Below, piece by piece: positions 13,056 to 24,452 of a stretch of DNA of 64,000 bases. How positions within the stretch are numbered: the first letter of the stretch is position 1; every line of letters starts with the position of its first letter. The stretch comes from Octopus sinensis. Taxonomy: Eukaryota. Under the pieces are notes generated by a model that saw only the letters and a program-made list of their open reading frames with translations, was not told the DNA's origin and did no database searches. The stretch is taken from the NCBI RefSeq assembly GCF_006345805.1, contig NC_043003.1, forward strand, positions 7,006,001 to 7,070,000. The letters are read 5' to 3'. Position numbers and translations under genes: made by a program.

Positions 13056-13198
13056 AATATAAATTTAAAACAGAACACAAAGGATATCGCAGTTTCAAGC
13101 TTTATAAACAATCTGTTATTACATCATTATTTATAAAGCTTGAAACACGTGTACCACGATATCCTTTGTGTTCTGTTTTTAATTTATATTTGATATAT
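13047..13198. repeat. Hairpin with ~60-bp arms (one bulge) in intron 4
   Basis: TATCAAATATAAATTTAAAACAGAACACAAAGGATATCG and TTTCAAGCTTTATAAA each have reverse-complement partners downstream. Confidence 0.85.
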
Positions 13199-13257
13199 TC
13201 TCTCACCTCTGCCACTATCTGGCATATACAGGTGCTTACACTTATCAAGTATTCACT

Positions 13258-13740
13258 ATAAGCACCATCCGTTCGTGGCCGTTTGCCAGCCCTGTCTGGC
13301 CCCCGTGTCGGTGGCATGTAAAAGCACCATCCGTTCGTGCCCGTTGCCAGCCTCGCCTGGCTCCCGTGCCGGTGACACGTAAAAGTACCATCCGTTTCGT
13401 GGCCGTTTGCCAGCTCTATCTGGCCCCCGTGTTGGTGGCACGTAAAAGCACCATCCGTTCGTGTCCGTTGCCAGCCTCGCCTGGCCCCGTGCCGGTGACA
13501 CGTAAAAGCGCCATCCGTTCGTGGCCGTTTGCCAGCTCTGTCTGGCACCTGTGTGGGTGGCACGTAAAAAGCACCCACTACACTCACGGAGTGGTTGGCG
13601 TTAGGAAGGGCATCCAGCCGTAGAAACACTGCCAGATCTGACTGGGCCTGATGAAGCCTTCCAGCTTCACAGACCCCAGTTGAACCGTCCAACCCATGCT
13701 AGCATGGAGAACGGACGCTAAATGATGATGATGATGATGA
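13258..13740 (+). mobile_element. RTE-family 3' UTR copy with five ~60-bp internal units
   Basis: Alternating A/B 60-mers followed by the family tail. Near-identical to 28865-29265. Confidence 0.8.
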
Positions 13741-14103
13741 TGATATATATGTATACTTCAAGAGAATGTGTAATAATTCTTTTTTTAGAATGCTGTTATT
13801 TATAGCTTTATCTGCTTTGGGTTTCACCATTCTGAAAAGAATTACATATATATCTATATATATATAAACACACATGACAGTGTCCATGCAGTTTGCATCT
13901 ACCAAATTCACTTACAAGGGATTGGTTAGCCAAGGGCTGTTGTAGAAGACACTTGCCCAAGGAACCATGCAGTGAGATTGAACCCAAAATCCATGTGGTT
14001 GCAGAGTGAGCTTCTTAACCACACAGCCATGCCGGCACCCAGTTAAATGTTATTACATCTGTCAGACAATAAAATGTTGTTTTATCTTCTTCTTCTTCTT
14101 CAG

Positions 14104-14179
14104 CGTGAATGGTTGCATTGAAGGAGTGATACAGCGAATGAAAACTTACAAAGATGCCAATTTGAAGCATGACATTAAA
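14104..14179 (+). CDS. RIC8: Ric-8 exon 5 (SVNGCIEGVIQRMKTYKDANLKHDIK)
   Basis: (TTC)nAG acceptor, AAA|GTAAGT donor, phase 2-0. Confidence 0.92.
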
Positions 14180-15061
14180 GTAAGTTCTATTTAATTAATT
14201 CACCCTTAATTAATCCTGTCATACTCATTTTCTGAGTACTTGATCATCATCGTTACTTTAATATGTGTTTGCCCCATACTGATATAGATCCCCATGGGTT
14301 AGCAGCACAGCAACTTCGCACTTGTTCCAATGTTCCATAACATCCCTGAGCCCCTATATTTTGAGCACTAACCTCATCATCCCGTTTACATTGGCCATGC
14401 TCTTCTCATTTGTTCCAGCTCCTTACATGCTGATTCCAAATCCCAGCACAGTCAACTTTGCTTTTCATCTCTCCATCAGTCATCGACTTCATTGCTTTAA
14501 CAGCGACATTCCCATGCTTGCATGGGTCAGACAGAATTTGCTGAGGCAGATTTTCTCTACCTGGATGCCCTGCTTGTTGCTAACCTTTACCTTCGTCAAG
14601 CACAGTAATATTTCTTCAGGACCTGAAATGTTCTCATAGAATACTGGATGTGAATAACACTGCTTGTATGACTGACAATCATTTACCATTATCATTACCA
14701 GCGTCACCTTACTGGCACATGAAAAAACATTTGAGCGAGGTCGTTGCCAGTGCCGCTGGACTGGCTCCTGTGCAGGTGGCACATAAAAAACACTATTTGA
14801 GCATGGCCGTTGCCAGTACTACCTGACTAGCCCTCGTGCCGGTGGCACGTAAGAGCACATAAAAGCACCCACTGCACTCTCGGAGTGGTTGGCATTAGGA
14901 AGGGCATCTAGCTGTAGAAACCATATCAAATCAGACTGGAGTCTGGTGCAGCCCCACCCCCAAACTTGCCAGCTCTGGTCAAACTGTCCAACCCATGCCA
15001 GCTTGGACAATAGATGTTAAATGATGGTGATGATGACATACATACATACACACACACACAT

Positions 15062-15105
<44 letters not shown>

Positions 15106-15736
15106 ATACATACATACACACAACATGCTTCTTTCAGTTTCCTTTTACCAAATGCACGAGCAAACCTTTGATCAGCTTGGGGCTAGAGTAAAGGACACAG
15201 CTGATAGTGTCCAGGCAGTGGGATTGAACCCCAAACCACATGGTTCAAAAGCAAACTTCTTAATCATGCAGGAGTGACTGTGTGGTAAGAAGCTTGCTTC
15301 CAAACCACATGGTTCTGGGTTCAGTTCCTTTGTGTGGTACCTTGGACAAGTGTCTTCTGCTTATAGCTTTAGGCCGACCAAAGCCTTGTGAGAGAATTTG
15401 GTTGAAGGAAACTGAAAGAAGCCCATCATGTGCTTGTGTGTGTGTGTGTGTGTCTGTCCCTCAGCACCATTTGATAACCGGTGTTGGTGTGTTTACGTCC
15501 CTGTAACTTAGCTGTTTGACAAAAGTGACCAATAGAATAAGTTGATTCATTTGATTGAAAATTCTTCAAGCCTGACCACGGTCTCATGACTGAAACAAGT
15601 AAAAGATAATGATATTATAATGTTGAAACTCATTGCTGTTGACCAATTCCTAAGTCAGTATTTCCTCTTTCTTTTGTGCCACCCTTGACTGCTTGGATGT
15701 TAAAACAACTGGGTTTTTTTCTAATCTATTTTTCAG

Positions 15737-15789
15737 TATTTCGATATGAGGCTGCTGTTCTTGTTGAGCGCATTAGTCCCCGAGACCAG
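15737..15789 (+). CDS. RIC8: Ric-8 exon 6 (YFDMRLLFLLSALVPET)
   Basis: TTTTCAG acceptor, AG|GTAAAT donor, phase 0-2. Carries the Ric-8 FD(L/M)RLLFLL(T/S)AL motif. Confidence 0.95.
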
Positions 15790-15884
15790 GTAAATATCGT
15801 CTTCAGTGTTTCTCTGAAATTTATCTTTAATTTGAAATATTAAATTTCTAAATATCTCATAGAGATATGTACAGTGGTGGGGCA

Positions 15885-16141
15885 ATAGAATGGTTGTATA
15901 CTGTCAACTTAACGTGACAGTAGGGGATTACACTGACGCTGTTTAGCCCTAGGAAGCATCGGCGCTTCCTGTCGGCTTCGACACATTTTGTTCATGTGTC
16001 CTCTCCCCTTCGTAAATATATAAGGACACAGGAAAAAAAATGTGTCGAAGCCGACAGGAAGCGTCGATGCTTCCTAGGGCTAAACAGCGGTGGTGTAATC
16101 CCCTACTGTCACGCTAAATTGACAGTATACAACTATTCTAT
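15885..16141. mobile_element. MITE/fold-back with ~105-bp inverted arms
   Basis: Left arm ATAGAATGGTTGTATACTGTCAA...CGACACATTTT pairs with the right arm AAAATGTGTCG...TATACAACTATTCTAT. TA ends. Confidence 0.85.
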
Positions 16142-17153
16142 CTTTAATTTAACTTTCAACATTGCAACTTCCATTTTATTAATAAATGATTACTTAAAAT
16201 AATAGCAATGATGATGATAATGGTGGCAGCGGCAATGGTGGTGGTTTAAAATTTTGGTGCAAGGCCAGCAATTACAGGGAGGGGTTAAGTCAATTATATC
16301 AATCCCAGTGTGGTGAGATTGTTTTGAGACTTTCCTAATATAAACTTGAAGGAGAATAATGAACACAAGCCAGATATTAACCAAATATTATTTTTCTTTT
16401 ATGAAACTAACCCACTGAACCAATGTCTGTATCCTCTCTTAAGCTCATCTTGTGTCTTGAAGGTTTTCTCCAGCCCCTCATCACTACCATCTTTATCTTC
16501 TTTGCAGCTACTCCCACCCACCCTTATAAGATGCAGGGAAGATTTGTTTCTCCTCTATAGCAAGACACCTGGCCTTCTCCCTTTATCATCACCTGGTATA
16601 ACACCCCACCACTTAATCAAGGAGCCTTCTTTTCCGGTTCTTTCCTGTCTTGCAAGTTCCTCGGTGATCTCTGTTGTGCTGGTGGCGCAGGAAAAACACC
16701 CAGGACACACTATAAAGTTGTAGGGCTTCCAGTTGTAGAAACCATTATACCTGTTTCTTTACTACCCATAAGGGGCTACACACAGAGAGGACAAACAAGG
16801 ACAGACCAAATGGATTAAGTCGATTATATCGACCCCAGTGCGTAACTGGTACTTATTTAATCGACCCCGAAAGGATGAAAGGCAAAGTCGACCTTGGCAG
16901 AATTTGAACTCAGAACGTAGCGGCAGACGAAATACCGCTAAGTATTTCGCCCGGCGTGCTAACGTTTCTGCCAGCTCACCACCGAAACCATTATACCAGC
17001 AAGGAATTCTGCTGGAAACTTACTTCTTCTATCATAAGATTTGCTATAAATTCATTAACTTCTCCATTTTCTCCAATGGACTATTTTTTTTTTTTTAACT
17101 TGGTTTTGCTTCTGATCTGATTCTTGTCCTTTTTTTTTTTTTTTTTTCAACAG

Positions 17154-17334
17154 ACAGAGAATCCACTTTGAACTTCATGGTTTTAGTTACCTGATGGAAA
17201 TCATTGACCTTCTGCTTCACGATGCTGAGGAACGCAAGACTGGTCTCACAGACCAAGAAGTTGATCTTTGCTGTGAAGTACTGAAGATTCTTTTCAATCT
17301 TACCATGTCTCTCAAGATGAAATCATTAGATGAG
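17154..17334 (+). CDS. RIC8: Ric-8 exon 7 (RQRIHFELHG...CEVLKILFNLT...LDE)
   Basis: Poly-T CAACAG acceptor, GAG|GTAAGA donor, phase 2-0. Carries the Ric-8 E(I/V)LK(I/V)LFN motif. Confidence 0.95.
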
Positions 17335-17649
17335 GTAAGATAGCTACTTCTTCACTGATTTACAAATGTAGCAAATTTGGTAGAGTTTTTAGTACAGGTG
17401 ACAAAATGCCTTGTGGTATTTGGTCCAACTCTCTTCACTTTGAGTTCAAATCTACTTAAAGTATTTAAGATTTGCTTTTGGGGTTGATAAAATAAATTAC
17501 TCGTCCCAAAGTGGTGGATTAGCACTTAGTTATAGTGTGGGACTGGATACCATGTGGATTATGTTTTAGACCTTTACATTGCAAGTTCTTGAGTGGTGGA
17601 CTTAAGTCATTTCCTGGTCAAATGCTAGCCCCTGGTTTTTGGTTTCCTT

Positions 17650-18012
17650 TAGCAGAGTTCACTTTGTTGCAAGCATATTTTTTTTTTGTGATTTTGTCCC
17701 AAACAAGGCTCGAGGCCATTTGTAGCATAAGGGACTACAAAGGAGGAAAAGAAGGGTCCTATAAATTCAAAAGAATGTAGATTGACAGAAAGGTTAAAGG
17801 ACTGAATATAATAGGCCAGAGGAAAAGAAGACTATGGTAGTAGGTTCCAGAAAGCACCAGTTCAAGGAAAGAAGCAATTAGAAGAGAAGAACTTGTGACT
17901 AACAGGAAGCTGAACAGAGAAATGATGCAGCTGGGCAGGGAAGCGAGGGACAAGTTTAAAACACTTGACAGAGAGGGGTAAACCAGAAAGGTCATCAGGA
18001 CAACGGTCAAGG
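17650..18012 (-). mobile_element. Degenerate L2/CR1-type LINE 3' end
   Basis: Minus-strand HHFSVQLP...NCFFP*TGAFWNLLP...FP resembles the SFFPRT-x-x-LWN-x-LP motif. Confidence 0.55.
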
Positions 18013-20248
18013 AAATCATCATCATCATCATCATCGTTTAACGTCTGTTTTCCATGCTGTCATGGGTTGGACGGTTCGACCGGGGTCTGGGAAGCCAGAA
18101 GGCTGCACCAGGCTCCAGTCTGATCTGGCAGTATTTCTACAACTGGATGCCCTTCCTAACACCAACCACTCCGTGAGTATAGTGGGTGCTTTTTATGTGC
18201 CACTGGCACAGGTGCCAGGGGAGACTGGCAACGGTCATGATCAGTTGGTGCTTTTTACATGCCACCAGCACGGAAGCCAGTCAAGGTGGCGCTGGCATCG
18301 GCCACGTTCAGATGGTGCTTTTTACATGCCACCAGCACAGGTTGGTCAAGGAAATATTTACATAAAAGACACAATGAAGATACATTTTGATGATGACCCA
18401 AAGATTCCAACCCAGTAGAAAGAAGAGGATCCAATATGTTAATAATTTGATTCTCAATTAGACCATATCTCCAGTTTGAAGACATTTTCCTCCCTCCCAC
18501 CAGTTTTGGAGGCCATGAGGTAGTAAAAGACTATGGCCACTGCCCGTCTCTCTTTGACCAAACAGTAAAAAGAAATTTAAGAAAAAAATGGTTGAGAGGA
18601 GATATAATTTCTTTCGCAATGTATTGTTTTCTTAAACATTAGCTTATTAACAAATTCTCTTTTTAATCTAGGGATATTGTTATCACTGTTATTACTTTTC
18701 TCATCATGACACCAAAATTAGCTTTGATGTCATCATCATCACCACCACCACCACCATCGTCATCATCATCATCATCATCATCACCATTTAATGTCCGTTT
18801 TCTCTGCTGGATTGGGTTGGATGGCTTGACAGGATCCAATGAGTCACATGACTGCACTAAACTCCAGTGTTCGCTTTGGTTTGTTTTCTATGGCTGAATG
18901 CTCTTCATAACACCGACCACTTTACAATGTTGGGTTCTTTTTTCATGCCACCAGCACAAATAGGTTCACCAAATAACTCCCCACCCAACTAAATTGGGGG
19001 TGCATATTTGAGGTGGAGATTATGCCTGGTGTTGAAAGGAAGAAAGCCCAGGTGGCTTGCTACAGAGGAGATACATGGCTTTCCTGCATTGTATAAGGTT
19101 GGATGAGAGTAGCAGGGAAGAAAATAAAGTTGGTGGTGACAGGGTGCCAGAACAAACTCTCAAGGTACATACACGAAGGTGAGCATAAGAGAGGATACAG
19201 ATAGGGAATGTGGTAGGGAGAGGATAGTTTAACCCTTTCGATACCAACCCGGCTGAAACTGGCTCTTGCTCTGTAGTACAAATGTCTCGCTTTTGTAAGT
19301 TTTGAATTAAAATCTTCCACTAAAACCTTAGTCACAATTTATGTTCCTAACACCAGCTTAATGATAATTAAGTTATTTTACTAAATTCTTTGTTATATTT
19401 AAAGTAATCGAAAGAAATACAGAGCATCTCAAAATAAATACAGTAACGAAAGGGTTAATAAGATGGTGTGAGGACAGCAAGAGATGGTTAGAGATGGGGG
19501 TAGAGCTGCATGTAGTGAGTGATGAACAAGAGTGGAGATCAATGTTACCATCCTAATATCACCAATATCTTTCATAATTTTCATTATCCTCATCGTTATC
19601 TTTCATTATCAGCTTTGTCATTATCATCTTCACTGTTAGCCTCTCCAAATCACTTTAAGAAGGTTTGAATTTAGTAAAATTGACAAAAAGAGTTCATTAA
19701 ACTTGCTGTTGTGAGTGGAAAAGCCAACGTTTTGGGCAGAGTCTTCCTTCAGAGACAACAAGAGAAAAATAAATGAGAGAGAGCAGAGTCTAATGTCCTC
19801 CAAGTTAAAAACAACTGGCTGCAACTAATGAGGAACATGGGACCACGAGATCTTCATGGATTCTGCAGGTTAGGGTTGTAAGTTATTTTGCACACAGCTC
19901 ATACTGAGAGCTTAATCGATTGGGCCACTTCAAAGTGAGGTATCTTGGCCAAGAACAGCATAGTGCCACAATTGGGTTACAAGCTATTGATCTTATAGAG
20001 ACAGTTATGCTGGCAGTGGTGAGTTGGAAGAACCATGAGAGAATTGGTTAGAATACCTCACAGTTTTTGTTCCCAGCATCTGTGCTCTGAGTTGATGTCA
20101 GCTTTTTCTTCTAATGTCCAATTCACACCATGGAAAGAGGACATTAAATGATGATGGTGGTGATGGTGATGATCATGATGATGATGAAGAAGAAGAAGAA
20201 ATATGATGTACATTGGATTGTAATTTGGTTGTTGTTTCACTTTGACAG

Positions 20249-20343
20249 GAAGAAGACGGACACCTGATGCGTCTGATTAGTGTGTTGAGAGAGTTATTGT
20301 TATGTAAAACAGAATCAAATGACCGCAAAGAAGAACTGGTCAG
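20249..20343 (+). CDS. RIC8: Ric-8 exon 8 (EEDGHLMRLISVLRELLLCKTESNDRKEELV)
   Basis: TTTGACAG acceptor, AG|GTAAAT donor, phase 0-2. Confidence 0.93.
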
Positions 20344-21224
20344 GTAAATAGTTCTTTGGAATTCTTCAGATTGTTTTGTTTTTTTTTAAACAGTTTCATC
20401 ATCATTGTTTTAATGTTCACTTTACCATTCTTGCATGGGTTAGACAGAATTCATTGAGGCAGATTTTCTGTGACTGGATGCCTTTCCTGTCACTAATCCT
20501 CACCTGTTTCTAAGCTAGGTGATATTTCTCCATGGTTGGACATGTTTACACAGAAGATTGGAAACAAGTGACACTGCTTGTAGAATGGTATTGCTTGTTT
20601 ACAACCACCATACAGTGTTAAGTAAGGAGACACAAACACACTCACACCCATGCTCACACACACACACATTTAAAATTAATTGAAAGAAACACAGAGCATC
20701 TCAACAGAAATATGGTAACAAAATGGTTAAAATATATAAAAGAGAAACAATTCTTAACCCTTTCAATACCAGCCTGGCTGAAACCGCCTCTGGCTCTGTA
20801 GTACAAATCTCTTGTTTTCATAAGTTTTGAATTAAAATCTTCCACCAAACCTTAGTCACAATTTATGTTCCTAACACTAGCTTAATGATAACTAAGTTAT
20901 TTCACTAAATACTTTGTTATATTTAAAATCAATTCAAAGAAACACTGAGCATCTCAACAGAAATATGGTAACAAAAGGGTTAAAATATTTAATAGAGAAA
21001 TAATTCTTAACCCTTTTGATACCAACCCAGCTCAAACTGGCTCTGGCACTATAGTGCAAATCTCTTGTTTTCATAAGTTTTGAATTAAAATCTTCCACCA
21101 AACCTTAGTCATAATTTATGTTCCTAACTAAGTTGTATTTAAAGTAATTGAAAGAAACACAGAGCATCTCAAAATAAATACAGTAACGAAAGGGTTAAAT
21201 ATTTTGTGTTTTTTTATTTTATAG

Positions 21225-21474
21225 CCACACTGTGAACTTGTTAACCAACGTACCTGCCACCAGTTACGAGCAACTCCTCACACCATTGACCGATAGCGGT
21301 GCTGACTCTGTAACTAAAGACAATGAGACTGAAGGTAAAAATATGGAAAGTATTGTAGTTCTGCTTAATTTCCTGCATCAGCGATTAAGGAAAGTTTCAC
21401 GGGAACAAGACAAAGACATCCAGAATATTGTAGAGCCTGCTCCTCACAACACAGAAACCAAACTCCATTCTAAG
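21225..21474 (+). CDS. RIC8: Ric-8 exon 9 (SHTVNLLTNVP...NFLHQRLRK[+27 aa]); possible alternative donor at 21393
   Basis: TTTTATAG acceptor, AAG|GTAATG donor, phase 2-0. Carries the Ric-8 H-x-VNLL-x-N-x-P motif. Confidence 0.92.
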
Positions 21475-21959
21475 GTAATGAATATCAATTAACCCTTTTT
21501 ATACACAATATAAGAGACAGGTGTGGCTGTTGTGTGATTGAGAAGTTTACCTTCCAATCAATGTTGTTGTGTTTTACCTTTGATAAATATCTTCCCTATA
21601 GCCTCAGACTGACCAAATATACACACACACACACATAAGCATCATCATCACTAGCATCTGTTAATGTCTGTTTTCCATGCTGGCATGGGTTGGACAGTTT
21701 CACACTCGCTGGCATGGATGGAGAGCTGCACCAGATTCCATAGTTTGTTTTGGCTTGGTTTCTTTGGTTGGGTGCCGTTCCTAATGCCAACCACTTTACA
21801 GAGTGTACTGGGTGATTTTTAAGTGTTTTTTTTATTATATATCGCCAGGTGGTGCTATTAAGTTAGACATGGCCTGGAACAATACTGGCCAAAACCTTTC
21901 TAAGTTATGTATGATGGCTGTCCACACATGGCCAAGAAAGACCATCACTGACCATTGAG

Positions 21960-22250
21960 AACAATTGTGTATCTGATAAAGGTTCACTTTACACTTGTGG
22001 CTCTACGTGTGACTATTGAGTCCAGCTCTTGATGGACATACATGTCCGCAGATATTACAGATGAAACTTCCTCCGGTCACTAAACTGACGTTGTGTTTTT
22101 GAACTGCTCACTTAATCTCAGCTATCCCAGAATGTGTCTTTCTTCAAAAGTACCCATTCCTTCCTTCACCTCTATCATACATTTGTGGTGATGACAAGCA
22201 CTGCTTTCTTAATCAACCTTCCATATCTCACGTGCCTTCAATAAGGACTT
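21960..22250 (-). mobile_element. Degenerate RTE (BovB-like) 3' fragment
   Basis: Minus-strand NICGHVCPSRAGLNSH resembles the C-terminal CCHH finger of BovB-type RTE ORF2. Confidence 0.45.
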
Positions 22251-22788
22251 TACACAATCCTTAAGGTTTTCTGTCAATCAAATCCACTCACAAGGCTTTG
22301 GTCAGCCCAAGGCTGTATGTAGTAGAGGACACTTACCCAAGATGTTTCCCAGTGGGACTAAACTGAAAGCCATGTGGTTATGAAACAAACTTCTTACTAC
22401 AGAACCACACCTGTCTGTCAGTTTCTTTATCTCTCTCTCTCTCTCTCTCTGTATATATATATGAGTGTGTGTGTGCGTGTATATATTTCAAAGGGCCAGC
22501 CTTGTCACACTCTGTGCCACGCTGAATCTCCCCGAGAACTACGTTAATGGTACACGTGTCTGTGGAGTGCTCAGCCACTTGCACGTTAATAAATGAGCTG
22601 CAACATCACTGGTGCCAAGCTGTACCGGCCTTTGCCTTTCCCTTGGATAACATCTCTAGCGTGGAGAGGGGAGGCCAGTATGCATGGGTGATTGCTGGTC
22701 TTCCCTAAACAACCTTGACTTGTGTCTCGGAGGGTAACTTTCTAGGTGCAATCCCATTGTCATTCATGGCCAAAGGAGGTCTCCTCCT

Positions 22789-22822
<34 letters not shown>

Positions 22823-22823
<1 letters not shown>

Positions 22824-24252
22824 CGGGAAGCTTTATGAAAATAAACAAAAGACGAAGGCAGGTGGAAAACAAACGAACAATTGTATTAGTATGGCGCTCA
22901 GGAAATATAAATAAAACAAGTCTTTAACGTTTCGAGCCTACGCTCTTCAACAGAAAGATACAGAGAGAGAGAAAAACACAGAAAGAAGGAGAGAAAAAAA
23001 ATGCGTGCAGTAGCTAACGAATCAACATGGCGATCTGATTTCGGCCAGAGGTCAAAGATCAAACATGAGACGCGAGAGCGAAATAAGGGGAGATAATAGG
23101 GTTGATAAAAGGGTTGAGGGACCAGCTAAAAGTGCGTGGGAGGGATCTGGATGTGTGTATGTATAGGGTTGGTGTATGTATTAGTATGTATAAGGGTGTG
23201 TGTGTGTGTGTGTATGAGAGAGTATTAGTGCGTAAGATTGGTTTGGACGTGCGTATGTATGGGGTTGGTGTATGTATTAGTATGTATTAGTACGTATTGG
23301 TATGTATAGGTGTGTGTGTGTGTGTGTGAGAGAGTATAAGTGCGTATGCGGGGTTTGGACGTGTGTATGTATAGGGTTGGTGTAAGTATTAGTATGTACT
23401 AGTATGTATTAGTACGTATTAGTATGTATTAGTTGGTGTGTGTATTAGTATGGCACATCATATGTGATGTGATGTGTAAAGTCATGTGGTGTAGTGAGGA
23501 GAAGAGGGGGAGGGGAAGAGGGGGAGGGAGAGAAGAGGGGGAGGGGAGAGGGGAGAGGAAGAAGAGGGGGAGGAGAAGGGGGAGAGGAGAGGATGGGGGG
23601 AGAAGGAGGGGATGAGGGGGATGAAGGAGGAAAGAGGGAGAGGGGGGAGAGAAGGGGAGAGAGGAGTGAGGGAGCAGAGGGAAGGGGAAGAGGGAGGGAG
23701 AAAGAGGGAAGAAGGGAAGGGGAGTAGGGGTGAAAGGATGAAGGACTGAAGAAGTAGGGGTCGGGGGGAGAAAGGATAGGTGAGGAGGGGGGTGAGGTTA
23801 GATGAGGAGGGGGGGAGAGTTGAGACCAAATGGCGTATAAGAGCGAAGAGAGAAGATTAATTCCTGTTCACGGCACAAACGGGAATCCGGATGGCCTCTG
23901 TGTAAGGACAAACCGAACACAGATAGGTGTTGCAAGGAGTGACCAGTGGAGCGGAATGGCGTGAGACGGTGTGTCGTTCGCAAGGTGGATGTCACGAAGG
24001 TGTTCCGCGAACCGGTCAGCCAAGCGGCGTCCCGTTTGTCCGATGTACAAGGAATTGCAGAGAGAGCAAGAGATGCAATAGATAATATTGCTGGAGGTGC
24101 AGGTGAAGGAGTGGATGATGGGATAGGGTCGATGGTGGGTGCTAGTGAGGCGGGTGGTGTTGGAGAGGTAAGGGCAAGTGCGGCAACGTGGGCGGGAGCA
24201 GGGGAATGAGCCGGGTTGGGAGGTAGGGTCAGGGAAGGAGCTATGGACCAAA
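22823..24252 (-). mobile_element. 5'-truncated Penelope-like retroelement (GIY-YIG endonuclease C-terminus plus long 3' end), antisense in intron 9
   Basis: ORF 23868-24251(-) has PCSRPRCRTC...SNIIYCISCSLCNSLYIGQTGRRLADRFAEH. It continues after a frameshift in 23798-23995(-) (...REQELIFSL...PFGLN). Flanked by (TA)n on both sides. Confidence 0.88.
23140..23820 (+). repeat. ~100-bp imperfect tandem repeat plus a ~330-bp polypurine (G/A) tract inside the Penelope 3' region
   Basis: About 3 copies of GTATGTATAGGGTTGGTGTATGTATTAGT... (23150-23440). Almost pure G/A on the + strand at 23490-23820. Confidence 0.85.
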
Positions 24253-24353
24253 AGGTCTCGAAAGTTGTGGGCTCGTATATATATATCTTTTGTTGCTTAT
24301 TGGTGAAAGATAAGACAGGTTGAATTTTGAATCTTTTTGTTTATTGCTTTCAG

Positions 24354-24452
24354 CCCCCATGCAGTATGTCTGACAACTTGACCCCTATACTACACTGTTT
24401 GTGTGAAGCCAGTCGTAATAACAGATCAATCAGAAAATTCTGTCGTCTTAAG
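24354..24452 (+). CDS. RIC8: Ric-8 exon 10 (PPCSMSDNLTPILHCLCEASRNNRSIRKFCRLK)
   Basis: GCTTTCAG acceptor, AAG|GTAACA donor, 99 nt, phase 0-0. Confidence 0.92.

Noticed and set aside
19720-19756. Third hammerhead-like motif on the minus strand (CTGAAGG...AAAACGTT)
   Set aside because: Stems I and II do not pair well and GAAA is mutated. At best a remnant.
23482-23829. Pro/Ser-rich and Gly/Glu/Arg-rich ORFs
   Set aside because: Artefacts of a polypurine tract.
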